Assembly (NCBI GenBank): GCA_002731825.1
Contig: PCCS01000006.1
Coordinates: forward strand, 99,311-163,310
Direction of reading: 5' to 3'
Source of the DNA: Myxococcales bacterium
GTDB lineage: Bacteria; Myxococcota_A; Bradymonadia; UBA7976; UBA1532
DNA length: 64,000 nucleotides
Positions 18,052 to 27,696 of this stretch are shown one piece after another. Position 1 is the first letter of the stretch. The number at the start of each line of letters is the position of its first letter. A model generated the notes under the pieces. It saw only the letters and a list, made by a program, of their open reading frames with translations, did no database searches and was not told where the DNA came from. Made by a program: the position numbers and the translations under genes.

Positions 18052-19167
18052 TTACTGGTAGTTCATCGATGCGAATTCAACCACCAGATTACACAGGGCG
18101 TGAAAGATCAGGGGGGCGAGGATTCCGCCGCTTGCTTTTCTCATCCATCCGAAAAGTAGACTTGGGAAAAAAACAGCGAGCCTATGTGGCGATGGAATCG
18201 TGACATAGTGTCCGACAGCAAAGATTAGGCTGGTCAAAAATAGACTCATCAAGCTCACATCGACGCCCAAAATTCTCCTTTGTTTTGGGAAGAGTTGCTC
18301 GAGCCTAGTTTGCAGGTAGCCACGGTAGAAAACTTCTTCAGGCAGCGCCACCAGCAAGAATTGAATCAAGACCAGATTAATGATCCACCAATAGCTCCGG
18401 TGGACTGACATTGGGTTTTCATCTGCTGACTTTAAACTGGCCCCTAATTTCAAGCGATCAGCGGGGAGTTTATCTCCACCGGTTTGAATATTGACTGTGA
18501 GGGCTTCGCCCGATGTCTTGAATGCGATTCTTCCGTCGCTAGACCCGCGATATTCCGCCTCTTTATCCGATTGGTAATGGGGACGGCTGACATGAGTTTT
18601 TAAGGCATCGTCACTTTTGACATTAAGCTGGAATTGTTGTCCGGATGGTAAATGCCAGTGCACCCAAAAAAGTTCGCCCTCCGAGTAGAGCCGGACATTG
18701 CCCGTTTTTATCTGCGCGACTTTAGGTCTATCTTGGATCTCCAATGGCCATTTGTCGAGACGCTCGTAGGTCTCTCTGACCTCATTGTTTAGCCATTGGG
18801 TTTGCCAGCCATGGTACGCGATAAAATAGACAGGAAATACAACGAGACTAACAAGCATAGCGTGCTTGATTGAGCGCCAAATTGGTTTACTGCTGATCCC
18901 AAAATTAGCTGGGTCTATTCCTTTTTTATGAAGAACTTCTAGGGGTAGGTACAAAAAGAGGGCTGCGACAGCCGCTAAAATATAGTCTCGAATCCAGCCT
19001 ATTGAAAATTGCGCGGCCGCTAAGCCTCCCGTCACAACTAGTGTAAGAGCAACAACCCAAATGACTTCTTTGGCGATGTTTTTTTTATCGAGGTGACCCT
19101 CGGGGGCCAGCTGGGTCTTAGGGTATGACATATCCTCCAGCTTCGATCGCTGGGCGCCATCGGTCAA
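18052..19167 (-). CDS. CPBP family intramembrane metalloprotease (CAAX protease / Abi family) with a large periplasmic insertion.
   Basis: C-terminal motifs EEVFYRGY ... FAVGH ... FHALCN match the three CPBP motifs EExxxR / FxxxH / HxxxN. There are multiple TM helices and a ~170-aa extracytoplasmic insert. Confidence 0.7.
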   Translation of the reverse strand: MTDGAQRSKLEDMSYPKTQLAPEGHLDKKNIAKEVIWVVALTLVVTGGLAAAQFSIGWIRDYILAAVAALFLYLPLEVLHKKGIDPANFGISSKPIWRSIKHAMLVSLVVFPVYFIAYHGWQTQWLNNEVRETYERLDKWPLEIQDRPKVAQIKTGNVRLYSEGELFWVHWHLPSGQQFQLNVKSDDALKTHVSRPHYQSDKEAEYRGSSDGRIAFKTSGEALTVNIQTGGDKLPADRLKLGASLKSADENPMSVHRSYWWIINLVLIQFLLVALPEEVFYRGYLQTRLEQLFPKQRRILGVDVSLMSLFLTSLIFAVGHYVTIPSPHRLAVFFPSLLFGWMRKASGGILAPLIFHALCNLVVEFASMNYQ

Positions 19168-19174
19168 GTTCGAT

Positions 19175-20245
19175 CTAGTCGCCTTTTTGATTCAAAAGTT
19201 CGGCTTGGTGAGCTTCGCGAACCGGAAGAATGACTGGATTGATATCGCCTTCGATGATTTCGTTGAGTTTGTACAGCGTCAGACCAATTCGATGATCAGT
19301 CACACGGTTTTGCGGATAATTGTAGGTTCTAATTCGTTCTGAGCGGTCGCCAGAACCAACTTGTGTTCGCCGTGCTTCAGAGCGCTCTGCAGCTGCACTG
19401 GCTTGCATTTGGTCGAGAAGACGACTTCTCAGGACTTTCAACGCCTTTGCTTTGTTCTTGTGCTGGCTCTTCTCGTCTTGGCAGGTTACGACCAAGCCCG
19501 TGGGAATGTGCGTGATCCGAACGGCACTGTCCGTCGTATTAACACTTTGGCCACCTGGACCACTGGACCGATAAACATCGATTCTCAATTCAGAGTCTGG
19601 AATATCGAGCTCGATATCCTCTGCTTCTGGTAAAACAGCCACAGTGCACGCTGATGTGTGAATTCGACCTTGGCTCTCCGTTGCTGGTACCCGTTGTACA
19701 CGGTGAACCCCCGACTCGAATTTGAGTGTACTGTAGACCGCTTTGCCGCTCACGAGAGCAACGACCTCTTTGAAACCGCCTGTGTCGCTTACGGATTCAG
19801 CAAGTCGTTCAACTCGCCAACCTTCTTTTTCAGCAAACCGACCGTACATCCTGAACAGGTCCGCGGAGAATAGCGCGGCTTCTTCACCACCCGTACCAGC
19901 ACGAATCTCGATGACCACATTCTTAGAATCGTTTGGATCTTTCGGAAGTAAGAGAATTCTGAGTTCCGCCCGAAGCGTCACTTCTTGGGCGTCTAACTCT
20001 GTGATCTCATCTTCTGCGAGAGCACGCATGTCTGCATCGTCTTCAGTATCGAGAAGCTCTCGTGCATCGGCTAGTTCTTGAACGACTTTTTCTAGAGTCC
20101 GCCAGCATTTGACAAGGGGCTCTAAATCGGCGGCTTCGCGAGCAATCTTTTGGAAAAGACCGGGCTCTGCATAGACGTCAGGATCGCCCATCCGAGCCGT
20201 TAACTCATCGAAACGACGGGCCAGATCGGCGAGCTTTTCCTGCAT
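19175..20245 (-). CDS. prfA: peptide chain release factor 1
   Basis: GGQSVNTTDSAVRITHIPTG (GGQ motif). The PAT tripeptide is RF1-specific (RF2 has SPF). 356 aa. Confidence 0.95.
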   Translation of the reverse strand: MQEKLADLARRFDELTARMGDPDVYAEPGLFQKIAREAADLEPLVKCWRTLEKVVQELADARELLDTEDDADMRALAEDEITELDAQEVTLRAELRILLLPKDPNDSKNVVIEIRAGTGGEEAALFSADLFRMYGRFAEKEGWRVERLAESVSDTGGFKEVVALVSGKAVYSTLKFESGVHRVQRVPATESQGRIHTSACTVAVLPEAEDIELDIPDSELRIDVYRSSGPGGQSVNTTDSAVRITHIPTGLVVTCQDEKSQHKNKAKALKVLRSRLLDQMQASAAAERSEARRTQVGSGDRSERIRTYNYPQNRVTDHRIGLTLYKLNEIIEGDINPVILPVREAHQAELLNQKGD

Positions 20246-20259
20246 TCAGCGAACCTGCT

Positions 20260-20523
20260 TTATTCAGCAGTGCTTGTGTTGCTGCCACCGCGTGAGCCGA
20301 AACGACGTCGGAATCGTTCGACGCGACCTTCAGTATCAACAATGCGTTGCTTACCTGTGAAGAAGGGATGCGTGAACGCACTGATGTCGACGGGGATCAC
20401 GTAGTGCTCTACGCCGTTGATCTCTCGCGTCTCAGACGACTTTTTAGTCGACCGAGTGACAATCTCGTGCTCGCCATCAACGAAGATGACAGGATAGAGT
20501 GTTGGATGAATTTCGGTTCTCAT
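20260..20523 (-). CDS. rpmE: 50S ribosomal protein L31 type B (lacks the zinc ribbon).
   Basis: [29 protein letters not shown]...[26 protein letters not shown]. The CxxC pairs are absent, so this is the type B (YkgM-like) form. The start is taken at the internal Met. The ORF is open to 20562. Confidence 0.8.
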   Translation of the reverse strand: MRTEIHPTLYPVIFVDGEHEIVTRSTKKSSETREINGVEHYVIPVDISAFTHPFFTGKQRIVDTEGRVERFRRRFGSRGGSNTSTAE

Positions 20524-20660
20524 TTTCAATCCTTCCACAGTTACAGCGCCAAATATTGGCACCGAAATGTGTGGTTTTCATAACGATCATTTCAGCCGCG
20601 CATCATAGTGGTGACTGGCCTGCGGATCAAGATGATCATTTTCTTTTATGAAATCAGTAC

Positions 20661-21908
20661 TTAACCGGACATCGATTCCAGGAACTCGCCATTGGACTCA
20701 GTCTTACTCACTTTGTCCAACATAAATTCCATCGAATCGACCACATTGAGCGGGTGGAGCAGCTGTCGAAGAATCCAAACCCGATTGAGGTCAGCTTCAT
20801 TCATGAGCAGCTCTTCCTTCCGAGTGCCCGACTTATTGATGTCGAGGCAAGGGAAAATACGCTTTTCCATCAGCTTACGGTCGAGGTGTAACTCACTGTT
20901 ACCGGTACCCTTGAACTCTTCGAAGATAACCTCATCCATTCGGCTTCCGGTGTCGATCAATGCCGTTGCAATAATCGTCAGGCTGCCGCCCTCTTCAATA
21001 TTTCGAGCCGCGCCGAAGAAACGCTTCGGCTTGTGAAGCGCATTGGAGTCGACACCACCTGATAAAATTTTACCCGATGGAGGAACCACTGTGTTGTAAG
21101 CCCGTGCCAGACGCGTAATCGAATCAAGCAGGATCACGACGTCCTTCTTGTGCTCGACGAGACGCTTGGCTTTCTCGATGACCATCTCTGCAACTTGCAC
21201 GTGGCGTTGAGCGGGCTCATCGAATGTTGAACTGACAACTTCGCCTTGGACCATTCGCTCCATATCCGTGACTTCTTCAGGTCTCTCATCGATGAGCAGG
21301 ACCAAGAGAACGATGTCAGGATTGTTTGCAACGATGGCATTAGCCAGATTTTGCATGAGGACCGTCTTACCTGCGCGAGGTGGCGAAACGATCAGAGCGC
21401 GTTGGCCTTTCCCAATTGGGACCAGAAGGTCAACGATTCTCGTGCTGTAATTTTTGGGATGATATTCCATAACCAAACGCTCATCTGGATAGAGAGGCGT
21501 GAGATTATCAAACAATATTTTACGCTTGGATGCTTCGGGCTCTTCGAAGTTGATGGTCTCAACCTTGAGCAGCGCGAAGTAACGCTCGCTTTCTTTGGGC
21601 GGTCTAATTTGGCCGCTTACGGTGTCACCCGTTCGGAGACCAAACCTGCGAATCTGCGACGGTGAGACATAAATGTCATCAGGTCCTGGCAGATAATTAT
21701 AATCTGGAGCGCGGAGAAACCCAAATCCATCAGGCAGGATTTCTAAGACACCCTCGCCAAAAATAGGTTCGTTTTTCTTGGTCTGTTCGTTGAGAAGAGC
21801 AAAGATAAGTTCCTGTTTTCTCAAGACAGACGCGTTCTCTATCTCCATGTCGCGGGCCATTGCGGCCAGCTCTGCGATTTTAAGCTGTTTCAGCTCTCGA
21901 AGATTCAT
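20661..21908 (-). CDS. rho: transcription termination factor Rho
   Basis: 415 aa with an N-terminal RNA-binding/CSD region, a RecA-like core with Walker A, and the C-terminal consensus. Confidence 0.95.
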   Translation of the reverse strand: MNLRELKQLKIAELAAMARDMEIENASVLRKQELIFALLNEQTKKNEPIFGEGVLEILPDGFGFLRAPDYNYLPGPDDIYVSPSQIRRFGLRTGDTVSGQIRPPKESERYFALLKVETINFEEPEASKRKILFDNLTPLYPDERLVMEYHPKNYSTRIVDLLVPIGKGQRALIVSPPRAGKTVLMQNLANAIVANNPDIVLLVLLIDERPEEVTDMERMVQGEVVSSTFDEPAQRHVQVAEMVIEKAKRLVEHKKDVVILLDSITRLARAYNTVVPPSGKILSGGVDSNALHKPKRFFGAARNIEEGGSLTIIATALIDTGSRMDEVIFEEFKGTGNSELHLDRKLMEKRIFPCLDINKSGTRKEELLMNEADLNRVWILRQLLHPLNVVDSMEFMLDKVSKTESNGEFLESMSG

Positions 21909-22325
21909 AATTTCCCTTCTATCACCCTCTCACTCAGCACGATTGTGCTGTCCGGCAGGTACCTCACTGAATGCGCCTAAAATGGGTTCACTCGGTCGAT
22001 GTGAGAAAGGTGTTCTTTGTCCTCGAAATTTGCCGGAGAGAATCCAGGTAAAATACCCGAAAGCGGCGGCAACCTAAGTAGTTTTTTGAATCTTGTCAAG
22101 CTGTTCCTTTAAATCTCAAGCTCAAGACCTTAAAAAATCGACTAAAGGGAGATGTAAGTAGTTTTACAATGACCCATCAGGAGGATTGATCGGCGGCATG
22201 GATTCATGGCAACTAAAGAGCACGAGAGGGTCACTACGCACTGAAATTTACAGGGGCCTTTTTTTACCCAGCTGATAAATCGACCTGGATGCGGCCTGAC
22301 TGGCACATTCGGTTTCAGGGAAAAT

Positions 22326-23081
22326 ATGGATCTTAAATCAATTTTAGAAAAACTTGAGTCAGGCCAACTCGATGTGGATACGGCCCTCGGTTTACTGAAC
22401 AAACCGTCAGAAGATAATTTGGGTTTTGCACGGGTTGACCTGGACCGAGTTCGTCGTCGCGGCACGCCCGAGGTCGTCTTTGGACTCGGGAAATCTGCAG
22501 ATCAGATAGGCCAGATCATTTGCAGCTTGTGGCGCGAGGGGCAAACATGCCTGGCCACGCGAGTTGAGTCAGACATCGCCGAGACCGTCATCAACCAGTG
22601 TGCACAAGTCCCTCTTATCTACGATGAACTGGCTCGATGTTTGTACACGGAGGCCGATGTTGTGGACCGGGGTGTTGGCCGAATCCTTGTGATTTCCGCC
22701 GGTACGAGCGATCTGCCAGTCGCTGCAGAAGCCATGATTACCGCCCGTCTCGACGGCAACCATGTTGATGGTTTAACGGATGTTGGAGTCGCAGGTCTTC
22801 ATCGCTTACTCAACCATCTAGACCAGATTCGTTCCGCCAATGTCATTATTGTGTGCGCCGGTATGGAAGGGGCGCTGCCGAGTGTCGTTGCAGGACTTGT
22901 TTCAAGACCGGTCATCGCCGTTCCAACAAGTATTGGTTACGGCGCCAATTTTAAGGGGCTGACCGCTTTACTCGGGATGCTAAATAGCTGTGCAGCCGGT
23001 GTGACCGTAGTCAATATTGATAACGGTTTCGGTGCAGGTTACGCAGCTTCATCCATTAATCGGAGAGCATCCGATGACTGA
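22326..23081 (+). CDS. larB: Nickel-pincer cofactor biosynthesis protein LarB (PurE-like pyridinium-3,5-biscarboxylic acid mononucleotide synthase).
   Basis: 251 aa. It has a PurE/AIR-carboxylase-like core (ILVISAGTSDLPVAAEA...IIVCAGMEGALPSVVAGL) plus the N-terminal extension typical of LarB. It is immediately followed by larC. Confidence 0.75.
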   Translation: MDLKSILEKLESGQLDVDTALGLLNKPSEDNLGFARVDLDRVRRRGTPEVVFGLGKSADQIGQIICSLWREGQTCLATRVESDIAETVINQCAQVPLIYDELARCLYTEADVVDRGVGRILVISAGTSDLPVAAEAMITARLDGNHVDGLTDVGVAGLHRLLNHLDQIRSANVIIVCAGMEGALPSVVAGLVSRPVIAVPTSIGYGANFKGLTALLGMLNSCAAGVTVVNIDNGFGAGYAASSINRRASDD

Positions 23082-24381
23082 ACGCATTCTGTACTTTGAC
23101 TGCTTTAGTGGTATTGCGGGCGATATGACCCTGGGCGCATTGATCGATTTAGGGGTTGACCAAGACCAATTAATTGCAGCTCTCAAAAGCTTAGATTTAC
23201 CTGATTGGAGCCTTTCAGCGAGCGTCGAGAGACGTCAGGGATTGAGAGGCATCAATGTCGAGATTTGGGTCGGTGATCAGAAAGAAGGGCCGGCAGGCAT
23301 CATCAATTCCGGCTCAGATTTCAGTGATCACGGTCACGGCCATGACTCTGCTCATCATGCTGCATCTAACGGGCATAATCCGGACGATCATACTCATGGA
23401 AATCACCGTCATTATAGAGATATTGTCGATATCATAGCGAAATCAGGACTACCTGAATCCGTTAAGAAAATGGCCGTTGCTGCCTTTGATGTCGTCGCTG
23501 AAGCTGAGGCTGACGTTCACGGTGTGTCGATAGACGACGTTCATTTCCACGAAGTGGGTGCCGTTGATAGCATCGTGGACATCGTTGGCGTCGCTTGGTG
23601 TTTATGGTCCCTTAAAATTGACCGAATTGAATCAGCACCTTTGCCCCTAGGCCGTGGATTTATCACGTGCGCGCATGGTCGAATTCCCTTACCTGCCCCG
23701 GCAACCTTGCTGATTACCAAAGGCCTTCCGGTCGTCGACGCAGGTCTTGATCGGGAGTTGGTGACACCGACGGGAGCCGCTTTTATTAAGGCCTGGGGGA
23801 CTCGAGTCGGGCCCTTTCCGACCATGCGTGTCTCGAAAATTGGATGGGGCTTTGGAGATGCAGAATTTCCAGATAGGCCAAATGCTCTGCGCCTTGTCTT
23901 GGGCGATGTGGAGGAGTCGACTCAATCGTCTGCGCTCTTAGAGACCAATGTCGATGACATGACACCCGAGCTTTTGGGTCACCTCATGGACGAACTCTTG
24001 AATCAAGGTGCGCTCGATGTTTGGTTCACACCCATTCAGATGAAGAAAAATCGCCCCGGAATCAAAGTGAGCGTCTTGATTGAAGCACGGCATCGAGGCG
24101 CCATTGAAAATACAATTTTTGCTCAATCATCAGCGATCGGATTACGGTATTCTTCTGTCGACAGACGCTGTCTCGATCGTGAGATGGAAACTGTTGAGAC
24201 ACCCTGGGGCGATGTGCAGATCAAGGTCGCCTATCGGGAGGGGGTTATGTGCAATGTGGCCCCCGAATTTGACGATTGCCGAGCAATTGCAAACGCATCA
24301 GGCATTCCAATTAAAGTGATCTACCAGCATGCCATCACGGCTTTTTTGAACCCCGATGAGGATGGTGATGGATCTATTTGA
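23074..24381 (+). CDS. larC: Nickel insertion protein LarC (pyridinium-3,5-bisthiocarboxylic acid mononucleotide nickel chelatase, DUF111 family).
   Basis: The N-terminus MTERILYFDCFSGIAGDMTLGAL matches the LarC/DUF111 signature. A His-rich segment (HGHGHDSAHHAASNGHNPDDHTHGNHRHY) is consistent with Ni binding. The start is at an internal ATG with GGAGAG 6 nt upstream, and it overlaps the larB end by 8 nt. Confidence 0.75.
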   Translation: MTERILYFDCFSGIAGDMTLGALIDLGVDQDQLIAALKSLDLPDWSLSASVERRQGLRGINVEIWVGDQKEGPAGIINSGSDFSDHGHGHDSAHHAASNGHNPDDHTHGNHRHYRDIVDIIAKSGLPESVKKMAVAAFDVVAEAEADVHGVSIDDVHFHEVGAVDSIVDIVGVAWCLWSLKIDRIESAPLPLGRGFITCAHGRIPLPAPATLLITKGLPVVDAGLDRELVTPTGAAFIKAWGTRVGPFPTMRVSKIGWGFGDAEFPDRPNALRLVLGDVEESTQSSALLETNVDDMTPELLGHLMDELLNQGALDVWFTPIQMKKNRPGIKVSVLIEARHRGAIENTIFAQSSAIGLRYSSVDRRCLDREMETVETPWGDVQIKVAYREGVMCNVAPEFDDCRAIANASGIPIKVIYQHAITAFLNPDEDGDGSI

Positions 24382-25651
24382 CTACGCTGTTGATCAACAC
24401 GGTCATACTACACCTCTTGCAGATGCTATCCGCCCTCGAACCCTAGATGATTTTTTTGGCCAGTCGAAGGTGTCGGGTCCAGGGTCCATCCTTCGACGGA
24501 TGATCGAATCGGACAGAGTGACACCCGTTGTCTTTTGGGGTCCACCCGGTGCTGGTAAGACAACTCTCGCTGGAATTATTGCTGAGCAGACCCAGCGGAG
24601 ATTTGAATCTATTTCTGCTGTCTTAGATGGGGTTAAAGAGATTAGAAAACTGGTTGAATATGCTCATGAAGAGAGACGATTTAATGGCCGCCAGACAATT
24701 CTCTTCATCGATGAAATTCACCGTTTTAATAAGGCCCAGCAGGACGCACTCTTACCCCATATAGAGACCGGAACTTTTGTCCTTATCGGTGCCACCACTG
24801 AAAATCCGAGTTTCTATGTCAATTCGGCAATTTTAAGCCGATGCAGAGTGGTCACTTTAGTGCGCCATGACCTTGAATCCATCTTGGGTATTCTACGGCG
24901 TGCCTTGCACCATCCGGCCTGCGCTCGGCGCTGGCCCGATGCAAATTTGGACGACGAGACAGTCCAGCTTATCGCGGGGAAATCCGATGGTGATGCAAGA
25001 CGCGCATTGAATATTTTGGAGATGGTATTAGACGATGGCCGTCTTATGGATGAGTCACTCCTTGGCCAAGTCATCGGCCATCAAGTCTTCGATCATGACC
25101 GCAACGGAGATGCGCACTATGATGTCATCAGCGCCCTGATAAAGTCCATGAGAGCAAGTGAGCCAGATGCGGCCGCATATTGGGCCCAACGTTTGTTGAT
25201 GTCCGGGGAAGACCCCTTATTCATACTCAGACGGCTCGTGATTTTTGCCAGTGAAGATATTGGGCATGCGGATTCGAACGCGTTACAGGTGGCTCTGTCA
25301 GCATTGGATGCTTTTCGGTTTGTTGGTATGCCAGAGGGAGCATATGCCCTTATGCAAGCTGTCACATATCTCGCTACAGCACCCAAGAGTGACACCATTA
25401 AGAGAACGCTTTCGGCGGCTCGAGTTGCGGTCGAAGAGGCTGGGTCTGCGCCTGTTCCCAATTGGCTCCGGCAATTCAGTAAAAAACGAGGGCGAGTTGG
25501 ACCCGATACGGATAATGCAATGCCCTCTGCTCTCCCAAAGAAATTGGAGGGGCGCTCTTTATTTCAGCCGACGGCTGTTGGCCAAGAACAGCAATTCGTT
25601 GATCGCCTTAAGGCACTAAACCTGTCGGGTCGCTCCCCTTCATCCGATTGA
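24368..25651 (+). CDS. rarA: Replication-associated recombination protein A (AAA+ ATPase RarA/MgsA).
   Basis: Walker [12 protein letters not shown], Walker [11 protein letters not shown], and the MgsA C-terminal helical domains. The ORF opens at 24356. The ATG at 24368 has GAGG 6 nt upstream. Confidence 0.9.
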   Translation: MDLFDYAVDQHGHTTPLADAIRPRTLDDFFGQSKVSGPGSILRRMIESDRVTPVVFWGPPGAGKTTLAGIIAEQTQRRFESISAVLDGVKEIRKLVEYAHEERRFNGRQTILFIDEIHRFNKAQQDALLPHIETGTFVLIGATTENPSFYVNSAILSRCRVVTLVRHDLESILGILRRALHHPACARRWPDANLDDETVQLIAGKSDGDARRALNILEMVLDDGRLMDESLLGQVIGHQVFDHDRNGDAHYDVISALIKSMRASEPDAAAYWAQRLLMSGEDPLFILRRLVIFASEDIGHADSNALQVALSALDAFRFVGMPEGAYALMQAVTYLATAPKSDTIKRTLSAARVAVEEAGSAPVPNWLRQFSKKRGRVGPDTDNAMPSALPKKLEGRSLFQPTAVGQEQQFVDRLKALNLSGRSPSSD

Positions 25652-26279
25652 GCTGATTTCGAATGTTACTCGATGACCACCCACTTGAATCACGATACTT
25701 CGGATCCAGAAAGAGCACCTTTTCGAAGTGTTTAATGGCCTCTTTTTTCCGTGCGTCTGTTTCCGGCTTTACACGTACAAGAGCAAACGCGTAAATGAAA
25801 TGGTTGGCGGCACTGTTGGGTTCGTTTTCAATCAACTGCTTTAATCTTGAAACCGCTGAATTCGGTCGCCCGAGCTGAACGAGCAGACGACCATGTTCAC
25901 GGATTAGATCAGTTCTTTCTGTCCATTTTTTCGTCGACATGTCCAAGAGCCTCTCTGATATGAACAGCGCACCGCCTTCGACCAAGATGCGGGAGATGGT
26001 CAATGCGAGAGCGGGGTTCATGGCATCTACAGAGAGTCGGGTTGGGTTTTCGCGGAAGAAGCGAACCAAGTTTGCTGGATTTTTGAGGAGGTTGTTTTGG
26101 TTCAGCATCGTCGCCGACGTCTGGTCAACCTGAAATGCATGACGCTCGCCTGCAGGGGGCATGGGACGTTCAGGTCCGAGCTGGTCACGTAACTTTGGCT
26201 GTGCCATAGCTGACCCGAGCCAAAACAGGCCACTCCAGCAGAGAATTAGAGCAAATCTGCGTCCATTGAATCGGGACAT
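25608..26279 (-). CDS. hypothetical secreted TPR-like protein
   Basis: The likely start is MSRFNGRRFALILCWSGLFWLGSAMA (signal peptide). The track ORF is open to 26429 but overlaps folK. I see no catalytic motifs. Confidence 0.45.
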   Translation of the reverse strand: MSRFNGRRFALILCWSGLFWLGSAMAQPKLRDQLGPERPMPPAGERHAFQVDQTSATMLNQNNLLKNPANLVRFFRENPTRLSVDAMNPALALTISRILVEGGALFISERLLDMSTKKWTERTDLIREHGRLLVQLGRPNSAVSRLKQLIENEPNSAANHFIYAFALVRVKPETDARKKEAIKHFEKVLFLDPKYRDSSGWSSSNIRNQLNRMKGSDPTGLVP

Positions 26280-26746
26280 ATCTTGAGCAGGTCCTTCACG
26301 CTTTTTTGTAAACCAGGCGGCACATGGTTGGGTGCCAATTCTGCAAGGGGTTTTAGCACAAACTGACGGTCCGGCAACAAAGGATGTGGAACGGTTAGCG
26401 CTTTGAGTGCCAACGCGGGTCCTGTCCATGAAAGGATATCGAGGTCAATCGTTCGAGGCCCCCATCGCACCTCATTCGATCTGAGCCGACCGAATTCGCT
26501 CTCCAACGTTTGGAGATAATCGAGTAGAGCAAGGGGTGACAGGCTGGTCTGAATTTCTACGACCTGGTTTAAGAAGTCCTGTTGAGAGATAGGACCCCAA
26601 GGCTTCGTCTTATACATTTGACTTAGCTTTGGCATGGTCTTGAGTTCGTGAGACATCCGACCAATGACTTGAGCAAAGCGCCTTTGTACATCGCCGATGT
26701 TGCCGCCCAGACCAATCCAGAATTTTTGGGTCTGATTAGAAATAAT
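26246..26746 (-). CDS. folK: 2-amino-4-hydroxy-6-hydroxymethyldihydropteridine pyrophosphokinase (HPPK).
   Basis: The C-terminus has RWGPRTIDLDIL and VPHPLLPDRQFVLKPLAELAP. The conserved N-terminal block (FWIGLGGNIGDVQRRFAQ) lies in frame upstream of the first ATG (26656). There is no ATG/GTG/TTG before an in-frame stop at 26755..26753. The true start is therefore probably non-canonical (ATT at 26746 or 26749), or the gene carries an error. Confidence 0.7.
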   Translation of the reverse strand: MISNQTQKFWIGLGGNIGDVQRRFAQVIGRMSHELKTMPKLSQMYKTKPWGPISQQDFLNQVVEIQTSLSPLALLDYLQTLESEFGRLRSNEVRWGPRTIDLDILSWTGPALALKALTVPHPLLPDRQFVLKPLAELAPNHVPPGLQKSVKDLLKICPDSMDADLL

Positions 26747-26870
26747 AACGACTCACTGTTTGTTTTCTCCCGATGGATGTTAGACACGGTTAATGTAGAC
26801 CGTGGTTGACAAAGCTTAGGCGGTCTTAATACCGTCACAACCCGTATGTGCCTGCGACAAGAGGTCTATT

Positions 26871-27692
26871 ATGTTACCCGCTTACAGCTTCGGTGTTCTA
26901 GCACTCATTCTGAGTACACCTGCACTCAACCCGCTTCCCGGTATTAATACAAGCGGTGTTGCCAATGACAATATGCAGGCGTTGGTTGGCTTACTGGGAC
27001 AAGGTGTCTGCCCATGTGACCCGAAACAGACGATCCTTGCCTGTGTCCAACAGAAAACCTGTCCTGCCGCCACTGAGCTCGCTCAATTTGGCGTCGATAA
27101 ATTCAAAGAAGGATTGAGCGTAAGCCAGGTTGGTGAAGCTGTGATTCGAAAATACATAGACGATCACGTACGGTATACCTTTGATGTCTCTAATTCGCCC
27201 ACTAAGGGTGCTAAAAAACCGAGCATTACGATTGTTGAGTTTGCTGATTTCGAATGTCCCCATTGCTCATCTATGAGAGCAATTCTAGGGAGCGTCGCAA
27301 AGAAATACCCGAATGATGTCGCGCTGGTCTTTAAACAATTTCCGCTTCCACATCACACCTATGCAGAACGTGCATCGAAAGCCGCGCTTGCCGCTCAGCG
27401 ACAAGGGAAGTTCTGGGAAATGCACGACCTTATTTTCGATAATCAGACGCGTCTTTCTAATGCGAGTTTTGGTACCTTTGCGAAACAATTGGGTCTCGAT
27501 TTGAAACGATTTAATTCGGATATGGTCGGTGGCGCGGTCAAAGAACAGATCGACCGAGACAAACAGGAAGCCATCGCGGCTCAGATACAGGGCACACCAG
27601 CTCTCTACATCAACGGCCGCATGTATACTGATGAAATGACGCCGGAAAAAATCGCTGCGATGGTCGAGACACTGTTAAAAAAGGCTCCATAA
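26871..27692 (+). CDS. DsbA-family thiol:disulfide oxidoreductase (secreted).
   Basis: A thioredoxin-fold CxxC active site within FADFECPHCSSM, an N-terminal signal sequence, and a C-terminal DsbA-like helical insert. Confidence 0.8.
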   Translation: MLPAYSFGVLALILSTPALNPLPGINTSGVANDNMQALVGLLGQGVCPCDPKQTILACVQQKTCPAATELAQFGVDKFKEGLSVSQVGEAVIRKYIDDHVRYTFDVSNSPTKGAKKPSITIVEFADFECPHCSSMRAILGSVAKKYPNDVALVFKQFPLPHHTYAERASKAALAAQRQGKFWEMHDLIFDNQTRLSNASFGTFAKQLGLDLKRFNSDMVGGAVKEQIDRDKQEAIAAQIQGTPALYINGRMYTDEMTPEKIAAMVETLLKKAP

Positions 27693-27696
27693 CCCC

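Noticed and set aside
22142-22465. A 107-aa minus-strand ORF in the rho-larB divergent intergenic region.
   Set aside because: It overlaps the larB 5' end. It has an Arg/Ser-rich low-complexity N-terminus and no RBS. It is more likely the rho 5' leader and larB promoter region.
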